DNA of 63,970 nucleotides, the filler included, from Hyphochytrium catenoides (lineage: Eukaryota; Protista; Hyphochytriomycota): NCBI GenBank assembly GCA_900088475.1. It is 7 parts of 7 records of this genome, joined end to end, with 100 filler letters (N's around TTAATTAATTAA, not from the genome) between each part and the next. Parts side by side here need not be neighbours in the genome. Positions count along the whole stretch, not along the records: positions 62,667 to 63,970 come from FLMG01002598.1; 6 more parts are not named here. One strand, 5' to 3'. Position 1 is the stretch's first letter. Each line of letters begins with the position of its first letter. The position numbers and the translations under genes are program-made. Positions 62,924-63,970 of the stretch are shown here, in pieces. The notes below the pieces were generated by a model. It did not search any database, was not told the origin of the DNA, and worked only from the letters and a program-made list of their open reading frames with translations.

Positions 62924-63780
62924 ATGAGGCGGCGATCCTGCTTCAGCGGAGACAGTAGTGCAACCTTCTTCGGCTTATCTGTTACTTTCTTCTTCCTCCT
63001 CTGGTTTGCTCTCTAATCCCTCTTCTTCGTCCTCTTCTCTCGTTTCTCTCTCTTTCCTTCTCTCTCGTGTCTCTCTCTCTTGTCTCTCTCTCTCGTGTCT
63101 CTCGCCCTCTCTCGCCCTAGGTCGGCTCTGTTGCTCTTTTCGAGACTACTAGGAGGGCTGTGCAATCGACGGGAGAAGACTTTCCTCTCTTCTTGCGCTT
63201 ATCCTTCGAGTATCTTCATCATCAACAGAGAGCAGCACCTCAACCCGGACTTGGGACAACATTGCAAAGCGTTTCATCAGGAGCAGATCGGGAAGGACGA
63301 GAGAGCGGCATGGACATTAGGGACACCGTCTGTCATAGCCTCAGAGTGAGGAAGAGAAGAGGAAACTTGATGGGTTCTCTCCTGGTGTTGCGAGAAGATG
63401 TTGGGACGACGGGAGTGGCTAACGAGGGGAGACGGGACAGGCGAGAGGGGAGAAGGAGGGGACCTGCCCTCCACGTCATAAGCTAGGCCCACCTGCGTAC
63501 CACCTACGGCTCTCTCGTCAATAATCCTTTTCCTTTTCTCTCTCTCTCTTCTCTCTCTCTCCCTCTGTCTTCCTCTCTCTCTCTCTCTCTCTCTCGCTCT
63601 CTCTCTCTCCATCATCTCTCGCTTTCGGTTTCTTATCTTTCCTCTATAGCAAAGCCATTTTGCCTTCTCTCTTCAAGACCAGTCTTGCATCCTCTTTCTC
63701 TCTTCTTTTCTTTCTCCTCCTGTTTCTTCTCTCTTGGACTGGATTATTTCAGGGCATCAAGCGGTTTCATGTTAACTTTC
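62924..63780 (+). CDS. Possible hypothetical spliced gene, 5' part
   Basis: Complex-sequence blocks at about 62924-63003, 63153-63345 and 63753 onward, bounded by GT/AG and separated by CT arrays. Reading frame is ambiguous. Confidence 0.25.
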
Positions 63781-63970
63781 GTGCGTGAAGACTTTAATAT
63801 CGGCAGCCTTTTGTCCCGGTACAGCATTCAAATTGGACATGAAGTTTTCTTTCCTTGTTATATTCGTTTAGATATTCGTCTGTTATCGCATCACTGCAAA
63901 GAGAGAGAGAGTACGAGAGAGAGTGTGTGCTGAGAGAGGAGAGAGAAAAAGAGAGAGAGAGAGAGAGAGA

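Noticed and set aside
1-63970. Hundreds of ERERER / SLSLSL ORFs in the ORF track
   Set aside because: Translations of stop-free AG/CT microsatellites, mostly intronic or antisense.
1-63970. Alternative genetic code
   Set aside because: Conserved genes translate cleanly with the standard code and end in TAA, TAG or TGA.

Overview
Eukaryotic (protist-like) genomic DNA. It is not contiguous: seven contigs are joined by an artificial 100-bp linker (44 N + TTAATTAATTAA + 44 N, stops in all six frames) at about 2697, 4433, 32016, 36590, 58508 and 62567. Introns and intergenic DNA are saturated with (AG)n/(CT)n, so most ORF-track entries (ERER/SLSL peptides) are artefacts. Manual GT-AG splicing gives these genes: a METTL12/CSKMT-like methyltransferase, a Zn-ribbon + PLAC8 protein, a mucolipin (TRPML) channel, two intronless paralogous 7-TM proteins, a mucin-like type I membrane protein, the UPRT 5' end, Pol III subunit RPC34/RPC6, kinesin-5, a LysM-TLDc (OXR1/NCOA7-like) protein, and several hypothetical genes. 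The most unusual features are a diverged inverted repeat with arms of at least 1.67 kb (58608-62471), a polarised 5'-(AG)n...(CT)n-3' self-complementary intron layout, and microsatellite-free AT-rich islands upstream of genes. No rRNA, tRNA, CRISPR array or intact transposase was recognised. Family calls come from motif recognition by eye, not database searches.
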